Below are positions 22,214-32,759 of a stretch of DNA of 64,000 nt, one piece after another. The first letter of the stretch is position 1, and each line of letters begins with the position of its first letter. The notes beneath the pieces are model-generated. The model made no database searches, was not told where the DNA came from, and saw only the letters and a program-made list of their open reading frames with translations. A program made the translations under genes and the position numbers. This stretch comes from an uncultured delta proteobacterium. Lineage in GTDB: Bacteria > Desulfobacterota > Syntrophia > Syntrophales > UBA2185. Where the stretch lies: assembly GCA_963729715.1 (NCBI GenBank), contig CAVSPA010000005.1:256001-320000 (forward strand), given 5' to 3'.

Positions 22214-22462
22214 TTGCTGCACTTGTGGGAAGCCCAAAAAGAACATCAGACCACTCACAATACCTCTTAAGTGTCTAATATAGCTAAATTTGCTTTGTAC
22301 GGCTGCGTTCAGGAACGTTAGGGTGGTGCCTTTTTTGTGATGCTGCCATTCTTAATTAATGTGCATTAATGTTAAAAAATATTGCATATAAGTGATATTA
22401 ATCACTTGACATTATTTATTTTTAGTATCATAAAATCCATATAAGGGTAAGGTTTTCCCAGC

Positions 22463-22675
22463 TTGAGGATAAATGTGAAAAAAAATAAAGTCAGACAATT
22501 CCGTGAAGCGATCCCTTTGAGCATTGCCGAACTCGCAAGAAGGGCGGGCTTGGCTCCGCAGACTGTGACAAAGATGGAAAAGGGATTGCCGACAAGGAAG
22601 TATTCCGAATTGAAGGTGGCAAAGGCTTTACAAAAGAATTATGAAGACGTTTTTGTGTCGGATAAGGAAGCGTAG
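22463..22675 (+). CDS. small XRE/Cro-type HTH protein
   Basis: LSIAELARRAGLAPQTVTKMEKG helix-turn-helix; start uncertain. Confidence 0.8.
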   Translation: MRINVKKNKVRQFREAIPLSIAELARRAGLAPQTVTKMEKGLPTRKYSELKVAKALQKNYEDVFVSDKEA

Positions 22676-22725
22676 TACATATCTTGCATTATTTCTTGGA
22701 GGCTTGTCGGAGACTAGTGGTTAGA

Positions 22726-22992
22726 ATGAAAGTAGGAAGGTATCTTGTTGTCTTTATTCTTGTGATGAGTATGCTCATCATCTTCGGCAAGAGGGGGCTC
22801 ATCGACAACTACTCCATGAAGGAGCGGTTAATGTCTCTTAAGAAGTCGAATCAGGATATTGCCCTTGAAAACAAGGAATTGAACAAGAAAGTAATGTTAC
22901 TAAGAGGCGACCTTCAATATATGGAGACGGTGGTGCGAAACGAACTCGGTATGGTCAGAAAGGGAGACCTCGTTTATCGATATCTTAAATAA
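22726..22992 (+). CDS. ftsB: FtsB/DivIC-family septum formation initiator
   Basis: Single TM, FGKRGL, coiled coil, ETVVRNELGMVRKGD. Confidence 0.8.
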   Translation: MKVGRYLVVFILVMSMLIIFGKRGLIDNYSMKERLMSLKKSNQDIALENKELNKKVMLLRGDLQYMETVVRNELGMVRKGDLVYRYLK

Positions 22993-23029
22993 ACCTATAT
23001 GAGAAAGAAGAACCAAGCACGGTGATCCT

Positions 23030-24157
23030 ATGTTTGACGTCAAAAATTTGTTAGCAGACAGCAAAAAGATATTCAGTCTTGATACCATCAAGAACCTGTT
23101 TCCGGCCAGCAAAAGCCTGGTCGGCCTTGATATAGGGTCAAGTGCTGTAAAGCTTGCTGAAATAATCGAGACGCCAAAGGGATACGTACTTTCCCGGTTT
23201 TCTCAGATACCTCTCGCAACGGGAGTGATAGTGGATGGTGTGCCTGTCGAACATCAGGAACTGGCTCAGAAAATAAAACAGCTATTCAAACAGTCCGGTT
23301 GCAGAAGGAAGTCCATAGTTACGTCTCTTTCAGGACACTCCGTCATCATCAAAAAAGTGAACTTTCCCACAATGGATGAAACAGAACTGCGTGAGCTGAT
23401 AAAAGATGAAGCAGGAAAGTATTTACCTTTTGATAGCATGGAGGCAGTAAGCTACGATTTCCAAATCCTGGGCGAGAATGAATTCAACCCTAATCAGATG
23501 GATGTTATTATCGTTGCAGCGAAGAATGATATCGTTAACTCCTATGCCGATACCATTCAGCAGGCAGGGTATTCGCCGGTTATCATGGACGTGGATTCTT
23601 TTGCACTGGAGACCATGTATGAAGAGAATTACGATTTTGAAGACAATGAAATGGTTGTCCTCGTTAATATTGGGGCAAGTATCACAAATATAAATGTCCT
23701 CAGAGGCGGTTCTTCGGTCTTTACCAGAGATTTTATGCTTGCAGGAAATTCCATAACTGAGGCGATTGGGCAGAAGATGGGAATCGCCTTTGAAGAGGCT
23801 GAGAGAATCAAGATCGAAGGTTCCGGTGGCAATGAAGCGGCGGAAAAGGAACTCCGGGAAAGTCTCCTTTATTACGCAGACCCGATATGTTCGGAAATTG
23901 AGAGGTCCATTGATTATTTCAGATCCACCTACGGGGGGGAATATTTGAAACGCATTCTCCTCTCCGGTGGAAGTGCAAGAATTCCGGGAATGGTGAGTGA
24001 CCTCACGCACAGGCTCGGCGTGGAAGCGGAAATCGCCAATCCCTTCAAGAAAATAGGCTACGATACAAAAGCCCTGAATGAGGCTGCAGCTGAAGAGATT
24101 GCACCTATCGCTGCCGTCGGTATCGGACTGGCGCTGAGAAAAGTTGGTGACAAATGA
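23030..24157 (+). CDS. pilM: type IV pilus assembly protein PilM
   Basis: VGLDIGSSAVK, actin-like fold, LSGG, AVGIGLALR. Confidence 0.96.
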   Translation: MFDVKNLLADSKKIFSLDTIKNLFPASKSLVGLDIGSSAVKLAEIIETPKGYVLSRFSQIPLATGVIVDGVPVEHQELAQKIKQLFKQSGCRRKSIVTSLSGHSVIIKKVNFPTMDETELRELIKDEAGKYLPFDSMEAVSYDFQILGENEFNPNQMDVIIVAAKNDIVNSYADTIQQAGYSPVIMDVDSFALETMYEENYDFEDNEMVVLVNIGASITNINVLRGGSSVFTRDFMLAGNSITEAIGQKMGIAFEEAERIKIEGSGGNEAAEKELRESLLYYADPICSEIERSIDYFRSTYGGEYLKRILLSGGSARIPGMVSDLTHRLGVEAEIANPFKKIGYDTKALNEAAAEEIAPIAAVGIGLALRKVGDK

Positions 24158-24702
24158 TCAGAATTAATCTTCTTCCCTATCGGGAAAGGGAAAAGAAGGA
24201 GGATGTTACTCGTCAGATTGTTATCATTGCCATTACCCTCGTCGTCTTTCTCTTAGTCATTGGTTCTCTCCAACTTTATCTCAGTATCAGCGTAAGCAAT
24301 CTCGAAAAGAACATAAAACTCCAGGAGGAGGAACTCGCTCGTCTGACAAAAACTATAGGTGACATAGAACAGTATAAATTGAACAAGTCGACCCTGGAGA
24401 GAAAACTCGCTATAATTAACAACCTCGAAGAAAATCGTCTGGCGCCTGTTATGATGCTTGACGAGATTTCGCAGCTGATTCCTGTAAAGGATGTCTGGCT
24501 CGATAAGATCTCAGAGAAAGGTTCAGAAGTTACATTGGAAGGCATGGCGATAAACAATATCGCCGTTGCGCATTTTATGAAGAATCTCTCTGGAGCCAAT
24601 TTTGTCAATACTGTCGATCTGTTATCCACCAGGGAAAGAGAAGTCTCTGGCATGAAATTGCAGCAATTCGTAATATCTTGTGTGAAAAAGAGGGTCCCAT
24701 AA
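24154..24702 (+). CDS. pilN: type IV pilus assembly protein PilN
   Basis: MIRINLLP N-terminus, TM, coiled coil. Confidence 0.95.
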   Translation: MIRINLLPYREREKKEDVTRQIVIIAITLVVFLLVIGSLQLYLSISVSNLEKNIKLQEEELARLTKTIGDIEQYKLNKSTLERKLAIINNLEENRLAPVMMLDEISQLIPVKDVWLDKISEKGSEVTLEGMAINNIAVAHFMKNLSGANFVNTVDLLSTREREVSGMKLQQFVISCVKKRVP

Positions 24703-24706
24703 TTAG

Positions 24707-25411
24707 ATGGCTGTTACTTTCGAAGATATAAAGAAGTGGCCTCCAAAGCGTAAGGCAATCGCTCTCGGCATTATTTATTTGCTTTTAGGCGGTGCATATT
24801 ATTCTGTTTTTATGCAATCATCCATGGATCAGAAAGGGTCATGGGAAACCAAGCTTTCCGATCTTCAGGAGCAAGTCCAGGAGAAAGAACGCCTGGCATC
24901 CCAAAAGGGCAAATATGTGAGAGAGGTAAATACGCTGAAGGAAGCGTTCAAGATTGCCCTGACGAAACTGCCTGACCAGCGTGAGATACCGGGTCTTCTA
25001 TATTCTGTTGCGCAGGCCGGTAAAGATTCCGGCGTAGATTTTGTCCTTTTCGAACCGAAACAAGCGGAAAAGAAACCCCGGGAAGTGGAAGATCTCGGAG
25101 TAAGGCCGCCACTTGCAAAAGCCGCAGCACAAAAGCCGGGTGACAAGAAACGTGTCGAGACGCCGAACCCGCAGGAAGAACAGTTTTATGAGGAAATACC
25201 AGTGAGAGTGTCGGTCAGCGGAGGCTTCCACAGCATAGTGACTTTTTTTGAGAAGGTCGCGAAGCTTCCGAGGATCGTCAATATTGAAGATATAGCGATG
25301 TCAGAAGCGAGGGACACAAAACGGGGGCGTTACATTGTCACGAACTGTGTGATCAAGACTTACATGTTCCTCGAAAAAATGGATGAGAAAAAAGTAGATG
25401 GAAAACAATAG
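24707..25411 (+). CDS. pilO: type IV pilus assembly protein PilO
   Basis: LPDQREIPGLL, FYEEIPV, LPRIVNI. Confidence 0.93.
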   Translation: MAVTFEDIKKWPPKRKAIALGIIYLLLGGAYYSVFMQSSMDQKGSWETKLSDLQEQVQEKERLASQKGKYVREVNTLKEAFKIALTKLPDQREIPGLLYSVAQAGKDSGVDFVLFEPKQAEKKPREVEDLGVRPPLAKAAAQKPGDKKRVETPNPQEEQFYEEIPVRVSVSGGFHSIVTFFEKVAKLPRIVNIEDIAMSEARDTKRGRYIVTNCVIKTYMFLEKMDEKKVDGKQ

Positions 25412-25931
25412 ATTCCGAGTGCACGTAATGCACATCCTCCTGGCCCCAATTGCTGCTTTGTGGCTGTCAGTGTCCATATCTACAGCCGCACTTTCTCAAT
25501 CAGCCGAGACAAAAGCGCCGGGTGCCGACGCATCTGAAACGAAGATCCCCGGTATCAAAGCGACGCCCGCGTATAAATATAACCCCATTGGAAAGCCCGA
25601 TCCCTTTAAACCTTTCATAGAACAGGAACTGGGCCCCAAAAAGAAGACTGAATTAAAAGCCCTGCCAATTTCACCCCTTCAAAGGGAAGGCATAAATAGT
25701 TTCAGGCTCGTTGGCGTATCGGGCGATGACCATCACAGAATAGCTATCGTTCAGGATGTTAAGGGTAAAGCCTACCCCATTTTTCTGGGAACCTACATTG
25801 GCCAAAACGGCGGCAGGGTAGTGGAAATACTCCCGGACCGCATTATTGTTGAAGAAAAAAACAAAATAGAGGACAAGGAAAAAACAAACAGACTGACGAT
25901 TAAACTTCGCAAAGACGAAGGCGAGGAGTAA
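25398..25931 (+). CDS. pilP: type IV pilus assembly protein PilP
   Basis: YNPIGKPDPFKP, SPLQ, IGQNGGRV. Confidence 0.9.
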   Translation: MENNRFRVHVMHILLAPIAALWLSVSISTAALSQSAETKAPGADASETKIPGIKATPAYKYNPIGKPDPFKPFIEQELGPKKKTELKALPISPLQREGINSFRLVGVSGDDHHRIAIVQDVKGKAYPIFLGTYIGQNGGRVVEILPDRIIVEEKNKIEDKEKTNRLTIKLRKDEGEE

Positions 25932-25933
25932 CC

Positions 25934-27739
25934 ATGAAAAGAAACATGCCCTGGTTTATAATCCTGATTGCTTGTGTAATGTTTATTGGCAGTACCGAAT
26001 ATGCCGGGAGTGCACCGACGGAAGATAAAACCCCACAGGAGGCCCCTCCAGGCAAGGTGCAGGCCACAGATTTCGGTTACTTGGAGGGTATAACATTTGA
26101 CACAATAAACGGCAAAGAGCGCCTCACCCTTGTTTTATCCAAACAGTCAGGTGTCTCTATTGAATCCATAGGTGACAAAAACCTGTTGGTAAAAATAACA
26201 AAGCTTTTTGTTCCTGAGGAGCTCAAGCGCAACTTGGGTGAAGGAAAGCTTTCCAATATCGTCAGTGTTGTGCCTTCGCAAAAAACAGTTGATGGCGAGC
26301 AGTGGGCATTAATCACTATCGCTTTAAGAGAACGCGTCCCTTACAAGGTGAATCAGGAAGGACAAAGTGTCCTGATTGACTTCGACGTAAGAAGCCTTGC
26401 TGCCAAGTCGCCTGCAGTTGAGCAGAAAACACCTGACGTCCCTAAAGAAACGCCAATAGCTGCAAAAGCATCAAAAGGATTACAAAGAGCTTCGTCAGTT
26501 TCTAAAGAAGAAATAGCCCCAATGCAGGCAAAGCCCCCGTATGGCGGTCAGGCAATATCTCTTGATTTTCAGGATGCGAATATAAAGACCGTTTTTAGAT
26601 TGCTCTCCGAGGTGGGAGGAGTCTCGATTGTATCCGGAGACGATGTCAAGGGGAACGTTACCTTGTATATGAAGAAGGTTCCCTGGGATCAGGCCCTCAA
26701 TACCATTTTAGATATACAGGGTCTTGTCAAAAAGCAGATGGGTGACGTGATCAGCATCATGACTGTCGAGAAAGTGAAAAAAGACGAGGCTGACCGGAGG
26801 GCGGGGGAGGAAGATCGTATCAAAGCCGAGGCTGTTTCAAGGAAAGCCGAACAGGATCGCCTCGAAGAGAGAGGAAAGCTGCGGCAGATATCAATAGAGG
26901 CAAAAATCGTACAGGCAGAGGATGATTTCGTCAGAAACCTCGGGGTACAGTGGGGCGGCGTCACATACAATTCTGCTGGAGGCTATTCCTACGCCTTGAT
27001 GGCCGGCACAAACCCCGGCACAAATCCCTCTGGAGCTCGTAATATAACGTGGGGTTATCCATCAGGTATTCCATTTACAAATCCGGATGGAACCGCAATT
27101 CAGTCAGCTGCCCTTAATTATCCAGCCACGGTGGGTGGACCGACATTCGGCCTCATCATAGGCGGTAGCGCAGCCGTTCTCGAAGCCCAGCTTCAAGCCC
27201 TCGAGACAAACAATACAGGGAAAATCATCTCATCGCCAAAAATTACCACTATGGATAATGTCAAAGCAACGATAAAACAGGGTCAGGAAATTCCCTATGT
27301 TACAATAGACAAAGATGGAAACAGGAGCATCACCTTCAAGGAGGCTGTTCTGAAGCTGGAGGTCAAACCTAAGATTACGCCTGATGGCACCATTTCCATG
27401 GAGATCAAAGCAACAAATGACGCCGCGGACTACGCCACGGGTGCCTTGCTGGGAGGGAACCCGCCAATTAACAAGAATGAGGTTGAGTCTAAGATTGTCG
27501 TACAGGATGGAGATACCATTGTCATCGGGGGAATCCTCAATACTTCGGATCAAAGAAACGAATCCGGTGTTCCCTGGTTTATGAAAATACCCGTTCTGGG
27601 CTGGCTATTCAAAACTGAGGGTATAACGAAACAGCGAAAACAGCTTATGGTATTTATCACCCCGAAAATAATATCAAATGAAGATGCGGGCGTCGACAAA
27701 TTTGAAAGGCCGAAGGGACCCGAAAAACCTAAGGGATAG
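25934..27739 (+). CDS. pilQ: type IV pilus secretin PilQ
   Basis: ISLDFQDA, VPWDQAL, IKQGQEIPY, GVPW..IPVLGWLFK, FITPKI. Confidence 0.96.
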   Translation: MKRNMPWFIILIACVMFIGSTEYAGSAPTEDKTPQEAPPGKVQATDFGYLEGITFDTINGKERLTLVLSKQSGVSIESIGDKNLLVKITKLFVPEELKRNLGEGKLSNIVSVVPSQKTVDGEQWALITIALRERVPYKVNQEGQSVLIDFDVRSLAAKSPAVEQKTPDVPKETPIAAKASKGLQRASSVSKEEIAPMQAKPPYGGQAISLDFQDANIKTVFRLLSEVGGVSIVSGDDVKGNVTLYMKKVPWDQALNTILDIQGLVKKQMGDVISIMTVEKVKKDEADRRAGEEDRIKAEAVSRKAEQDRLEERGKLRQISIEAKIVQAEDDFVRNLGVQWGGVTYNSAGGYSYALMAGTNPGTNPSGARNITWGYPSGIPFTNPDGTAIQSAALNYPATVGGPTFGLIIGGSAAVLEAQLQALETNNTGKIISSPKITTMDNVKATIKQGQEIPYVTIDKDGNRSITFKEAVLKLEVKPKITPDGTISMEIKATNDAADYATGALLGGNPPINKNEVESKIVVQDGDTIVIGGILNTSDQRNESGVPWFMKIPVLGWLFKTEGITKQRKQLMVFITPKIISNEDAGVDKFERPKGPEKPKG

Positions 27740-27828
27740 GACATCATCGTTTCTTTGTAATCAAAAGCGTTGCGACTTTCTTCTTCCCACACTACTTTTT
27801 TTTGCAACGAAGAGATGCTAAAGTGAGC

Positions 27829-28599
27829 ATGAACCGGTTAAACATAATACATGCCGCTCTTGCGGTGTCCGCTCTCGCCATCATGGCATGCGGGACGAGC
27901 CCATGGACTCAGGAACAGGCAGATGCCCACGTTAATGTCGGAACTGCCTATCTGGGATCGGGACGATCTAATGATGCCTTGAAGGAATTTTTGCAGGCGG
28001 AAAATCTCTCGCCCCGAGATCCCAAGGTTCATTATTATATGGGGATTTCTTACCTCGAGAAAGGGCTTAGGGATAAAGCAATCGATGAATTTAAAAATGC
28101 CCTGTCTTTGAAGCCCGACTATTCGGAGGCACACAATTTTCTGGGCGTAATCTATCGCGATAAAAAACAATGGGACATGGCCATAGATGAATTTAAGAAT
28201 GCCCTTGCCAATGCGCTATATGAAACCCCTGACAAGGCAATATTTAACATGGGAACGGCCTATTACGGTAAGGGGGATTATGAGAAGGCCCTGAAAATTT
28301 ACGAAGAGGCGAAGAACAAGCAGCCGCACACAATCCCCATCCCTGTAATAGACCTTAACATGGGTATAACCTGTTATGCCAAGGGGGATTTAGAAAAAGC
28401 GGTTAGTTATTTGAGGGCATCCTTCAAGGCTACCCCCTCTTTACTGGAATGCCACTACTGGTTAGGGCTGTGTTATATCAAACTGCATGATACGGCAAAG
28501 GCAAAAGCAGAGTTCATGACCATCATCGATATAACACCGGATTCGGGATTGGGGATAGAAGCCAAGAAGAGCCTAGATTCCATAACGTCTTCCCGCTAA
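27829..28599 (+). CDS. pilF: TPR lipoprotein, PilF/PilW(Tgl)-like pilotin
   Basis: Lipobox-like LAIMAC, tandem TPRs, directly after pilQ. Confidence 0.75.
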   Translation: MNRLNIIHAALAVSALAIMACGTSPWTQEQADAHVNVGTAYLGSGRSNDALKEFLQAENLSPRDPKVHYYMGISYLEKGLRDKAIDEFKNALSLKPDYSEAHNFLGVIYRDKKQWDMAIDEFKNALANALYETPDKAIFNMGTAYYGKGDYEKALKIYEEAKNKQPHTIPIPVIDLNMGITCYAKGDLEKAVSYLRASFKATPSLLECHYWLGLCYIKLHDTAKAKAEFMTIIDITPDSGLGIEAKKSLDSITSSR

Positions 28600-28880
28600 T
28601 CAGGCGAAGCAGCATATACGCAAAAATTCGGTCCTTTCCTAATCAGTCCACGGACACTTCAAATTATCCACGCTATCCCTTCAACCGCCCCGTACTCAGC
28701 TCTGGACCATTCTTAAAAAATCCCCTCACAAAGAAATCCCCCTACCCTTTTTCCTGCGATTTGTACCTATAAAGGGAGGAGGATTGACAGTATAAGATTT
28801 ATTATACCTATTACCTCGCTGCGAAGAGCGGGCAGTACACTTCTTCACTAAACACTACATGAGCAGATTTTTTGAAGAGC

Positions 28881-31800
28881 TTACTGTATTCTCCGATCCT
28901 TCCAGTTTAGGATGTTGACCCTGTTGGAGAGTCCCGGGGGATTGAAGTTCACGCGCTGCGTGCTTGCAGAGACACCGCTGCCGCCGCTCAGCGTTACATA
29001 GATATCTCCGATGGTCGATCCCCCCGGCTTCATGGAAATCATGGGTGAAGAGGCTATGCCAGCCCCGAGCGACATGCTTCGTGACGAGCCGCCGAATGCG
29101 CCGTCACCGGAGGTGTAGTTTAAGCCGTAGAGCGTTGAAGTGCCGCCCTGCAAACAGACATCTCCGCCTGAAGGAGGTGTGTAGGTGGTAAAGTAGACCA
29201 CGCCACCAAACACTGTTGGATCGGAAAGCATTTTCTCCCCCGTTCCCTGCAGATTGATGTAGAACCCGTCTTGGGTGTCGCCGGTACCGTATGACTGCCC
29301 CGTGGCTGTTACATTCTTCAGATTGCCGATCGTATAGGTGGTGCTCCGGTCATCATCCTTCATGGCGAACAAGGTGTCGCTCGTGGTGGTATCCTTGGGG
29401 CTCATGTGATTTCCCGTACCCCAGTATACCCACGTATTCTGCTGATTATCCACGGCGGCGGTTGCCATCTGGTAGATGGGTTGGGCCGTGGCAGAGCTGT
29501 AAAGACGCCCGCCTGTCCAGTTGACGGCCTGACCGCTGATGCCGCAGTTCGGCATATCCACCGCCCTGCAGAAGTTGAAGCGCCACATGTTGCCCCCCAG
29601 GTCCCCTACATAAACCGTGTCGATAAAGCCGTCCTGATCGGTATCAACAGTGGCGGGAGTCGCCGGTATGCTGTATTGCATGTTCGGGTCATTCCCGTAG
29701 TTGTAGCTCCAGAGAATCTGCCCGTTGCTCAAGTCAACGACATAAAACCCCTTCCCCCGGCAGTCACAAACCCCGCAGGCGCCTCCTCCTGAGCAGTTGG
29801 CCCCGTTGTATCCTCCGCCTATGAACCCGACCCATTTCTCATATACCTGACCGCCCTGATTGTAAATGACCCTGCCCACCATCATCTTGCTCCACGGGGC
29901 CCCGAGGTAAGGCTTCACTGCATTCGTGCCCACGAGGCGCCATTTATATGCGTTCGGTGTAGCGGACGTGTTGGTGAGATCAAAGGCGTAATAGCCGCAG
30001 TAATGAACATAGGTGGAGTCATACGTGGCCTGAAAGTTACTGTCGCACTGGGAATCGGAGCTCCAGAGATTGACGCCCCCGTCCCCTTCACCAAAGATCG
30101 CCATTGTGTGCCAATCCTGCTTTACTTTACTCGTACCGTCAACGGTCCCGCCGGCACTCTGCCACCATACGTCAGCCACCGTCACCGGCCCGTCAACCAG
30201 ATACTGGTGCGGAAGCGCCGAGGGATTGGAGGGATGGGCGGTGTACTGCAACTGGGGTAGCAGGTTGGGGGGAACAAAACTCCACTGCTCGGATCCGTCC
30301 GACGTCTTGAAGACGTGGAACTGACCGTCATTTGCCCCCGCTACGATGAGACGAAGTCCGTTAGCGGAGGTACGCGGATTATCACACCTGAACTGATCGA
30401 AGGCATTTCCAAACATAGGGGTGCTTTGGCACGAGTAAGACGTATAATTCTGATCGCGGAGGTCTTCGAAAAAAGGGTTCGGTGTTCCCACGTTGACCGG
30501 TGTTGAGTGGAATATATCGCCCAGCTTCCAGCTGTCAGGGTTATATGTGGGATTTCCCTGGATGTACCCCACGACGGCATTTCTCGTTGGGTTGTCGGGA
30601 ACACCAAGCCTGTTTTTTGAAATTGACGTATCGAAAGTTATCAGGCTGGCATTGCTGGAGGTAAATATATTACGGGTAGTGTAATCTTGTGCCGCAAGAA
30701 GGGACCCCGCCTCCCAGACAACGGCGCCCAGGGTCCCGTCGGCGTTGATGTTATATTTCTTCAGATACCCACGCCAGAAAGGATCGCTGTTTACGGGCGT
30801 GAATGAGGCCTCATAGAGGAAGTCTTCGTCCGTGATCCGGGAGGAGGACACCGAGGCAACGGTAAAAGAATATGTCTTTGATATGATATCCTGCGGTATG
30901 GCAGCGAGCGCCGCTGCAAGCTCTGTGGGATTATCGGCGTAATATGCATGGCCGTTGGCGTCGGCAGTGCCCCCCGCAACCGCCATCTGGTCCAGCAACG
31001 GCTTGGACTGGGCCGTAAGGGCCATACCCAGGACATATGTACTTATATTGAAGGTGTAACCGGGGACGGCCGGCGTGGTAAGAGTCGTTAAGGCAGTGAT
31101 CTGAGAGATCACGGAGGGCAGCACGTTAACAGCCGTATCAGTTGTCCCGTTGGCGTACGTGTTGGCGAGCCCGGCAGTCACGAAGATGACAAAATTCTTC
31201 TGGCACCACGCCTGTATGGGGCTTGTATAGGAGACGCCGCTCTGGTAGTCGGTTCCACCCTGAAAGTACTCTATAGCCGACTGGAAAGTGCCCGTACCCG
31301 GCGCTAGGCCCGCATTCACTATATAAGAGCAAAGATTGGGATTGGCCGTATTTGTGCAGCTCATATATCCCGCCTGGTTATTTTCGTTCATCGCGAGCAT
31401 CGCGGTCAGCGCGTTAAGCTGGCTGTTGTTGCCCGGGTTGGTGGCGCAGGCCACATGGAGATAACCGTCACCCGGGGAGCTGTTGGCAAACCATGTCTGC
31501 CCCGTGTAATAACCAAAGTTCCGTTTACCGAATTCTTTAAACCCCAACGCTATATCCTCGTCCGTAGGGCCGAAGCCACCACTGTAGAAGCCGCCAGAAT
31601 AATTGTGACTGCCGCCGGCGTAATCAGCATGAACCGGGCCGGTATCATTCGTGCCTGTTTTTGTGTGGTAGCAGTCGTAGGAATCGGTTGCCGAGTTATT
31701 ATCCGCGACGTATGTAGTGCCGTAGCAGAAGAAGATTCCCTGATTTGAGCCCGCATAATCTGTCCCGGGAATATTGTAGTATACATAATGGCTAGCATCT

Positions 31801-32402
31801 GTCGGGTTTGTCATCTGCTGTGTTTTTGGATAGGTAATACCACAATAGGTGTTACGATTCACCGAGTTTGCTGCGAAGGCCGTAAGCCCATCATTGCCGT
31901 CCGGGTCATTCATCGTGTAGTCTGCATTGAAGTTAGGGTTGCCGACCTGGCAGGCCGCATTGCACGTATCCCTGCTTGACGTATGCCCAGGATAATTCTG
32001 GCAGTAATCGACGCACCCTGGTTCCGGGGGAGGAGTCGGACAGTAGGACTTATCCTTGTACGAAGTGAAATAGGGGGTATTATGGAGATAGTCTTTGGCC
32101 GCAGCCGGGAGTCTGAAGGACATAAGCCCGATCCGCATATTGTTCGCGTTCGCATTAACCAAACCCAGCAGCTGCCTGCGGCCCTCGACAGACCTGCTGC
32201 CGGTTGCCCAGGAACAGATGGCGTTTCCCAAAAAATCCTCGTCCATTTTGTTTGAGTTGTCCAGGATGATAAGCACGTTGGGCTGAAGGTTGCTTAAAAA
32301 TATGTCCGCCTCGTCGGCGTAAACTGATTTAACGCCGCCTAGGACAACTGTGAGAGATAACCAGATAATGACTATAATGATATTTCTAAATATCGTCCCC
32401 AT
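28881..32402 (-). CDS. pilY1: PilY1/PilC-family pilus tip adhesin
   Basis: Signal peptide, vWA-like N-region, LGDIFHSTP, GANDGQFH, VDGP, Ca-binding DTDQDGFID..GDLGGNMWRF, C-terminal W. Confidence 0.93.
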   Translation of the reverse strand: MGTIFRNIIIVIIWLSLTVVLGGVKSVYADEADIFLSNLQPNVLIILDNSNKMDEDFLGNAICSWATGSRSVEGRRQLLGLVNANANNMRIGLMSFRLPAAAKDYLHNTPYFTSYKDKSYCPTPPPEPGCVDYCQNYPGHTSSRDTCNAACQVGNPNFNADYTMNDPDGNDGLTAFAANSVNRNTYCGITYPKTQQMTNPTDASHYVYYNIPGTDYAGSNQGIFFCYGTTYVADNNSATDSYDCYHTKTGTNDTGPVHADYAGGSHNYSGGFYSGGFGPTDEDIALGFKEFGKRNFGYYTGQTWFANSSPGDGYLHVACATNPGNNSQLNALTAMLAMNENNQAGYMSCTNTANPNLCSYIVNAGLAPGTGTFQSAIEYFQGGTDYQSGVSYTSPIQAWCQKNFVIFVTAGLANTYANGTTDTAVNVLPSVISQITALTTLTTPAVPGYTFNISTYVLGMALTAQSKPLLDQMAVAGGTADANGHAYYADNPTELAAALAAIPQDIISKTYSFTVASVSSSRITDEDFLYEASFTPVNSDPFWRGYLKKYNINADGTLGAVVWEAGSLLAAQDYTTRNIFTSSNASLITFDTSISKNRLGVPDNPTRNAVVGYIQGNPTYNPDSWKLGDIFHSTPVNVGTPNPFFEDLRDQNYTSYSCQSTPMFGNAFDQFRCDNPRTSANGLRLIVAGANDGQFHVFKTSDGSEQWSFVPPNLLPQLQYTAHPSNPSALPHQYLVDGPVTVADVWWQSAGGTVDGTSKVKQDWHTMAIFGEGDGGVNLWSSDSQCDSNFQATYDSTYVHYCGYYAFDLTNTSATPNAYKWRLVGTNAVKPYLGAPWSKMMVGRVIYNQGGQVYEKWVGFIGGGYNGANCSGGGACGVCDCRGKGFYVVDLSNGQILWSYNYGNDPNMQYSIPATPATVDTDQDGFIDTVYVGDLGGNMWRFNFCRAVDMPNCGISGQAVNWTGGRLYSSATAQPIYQMATAAVDNQQNTWVYWGTGNHMSPKDTTTSDTLFAMKDDDRSTTYTIGNLKNVTATGQSYGTGDTQDGFYINLQGTGEKMLSDPTVFGGVVYFTTYTPPSGGDVCLQGGTSTLYGLNYTSGDGAFGGSSRSMSLGAGIASSPMISMKPGGSTIGDIYVTLSGGSGVSASTQRVNFNPPGLSNRVNILNWKDRRIQ

Positions 32403-32432
32403 AGAACACTCCTTTACCTCGCGGAAACACCG

Positions 32433-32759
32433 TTAATGTAAAACGACCTCCTTTAATACACCGTTTATGAACGTCAGATCCGCCATTATCTTCTTCGCGG
32501 AGACGCGACTCGTGCCGGTAAGATCGGTCACATTGACACCGTTCAGATCATAGCTCCCGCCGTTTTCCAGGTAGAGCACATTATTTGCGATGGTCTTTAC
32601 AAGTTGAGAGGATTTAGAAAACTGTGTCTGATTCGAGGGCTGGGCGCCTGTCCCGCTTACGGCGCCGGTCTCCATCCGAGCCCCTGCATCGGTGACGGAA
32701 AAAAGAAACAAAAAAGATATAATCAAAACATATAGAATTTTCTGGTTTTTCGACATCAT
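32433..32759 (-). CDS. small secreted hypothetical protein between pilX and pilY1
   Basis: Strong SD GAGGAGGTGA, signal peptide, beta-rich C-terminus. Confidence 0.7.
   Translation of the reverse strand: MMSKNQKILYVLIISFLFLFSVTDAGARMETGAVSGTGAQPSNQTQFSKSSQLVKTIANNVLYLENGGSYDLNGVNVTDLTGTSRVSAKKIMADLTFINGVLKEVVLH

Noticed and set aside
29755..29800. Heme c binding site in the PilY1 Cys cluster
   Set aside because: CGVCDC is not followed by His, so there is no CxxCH motif.
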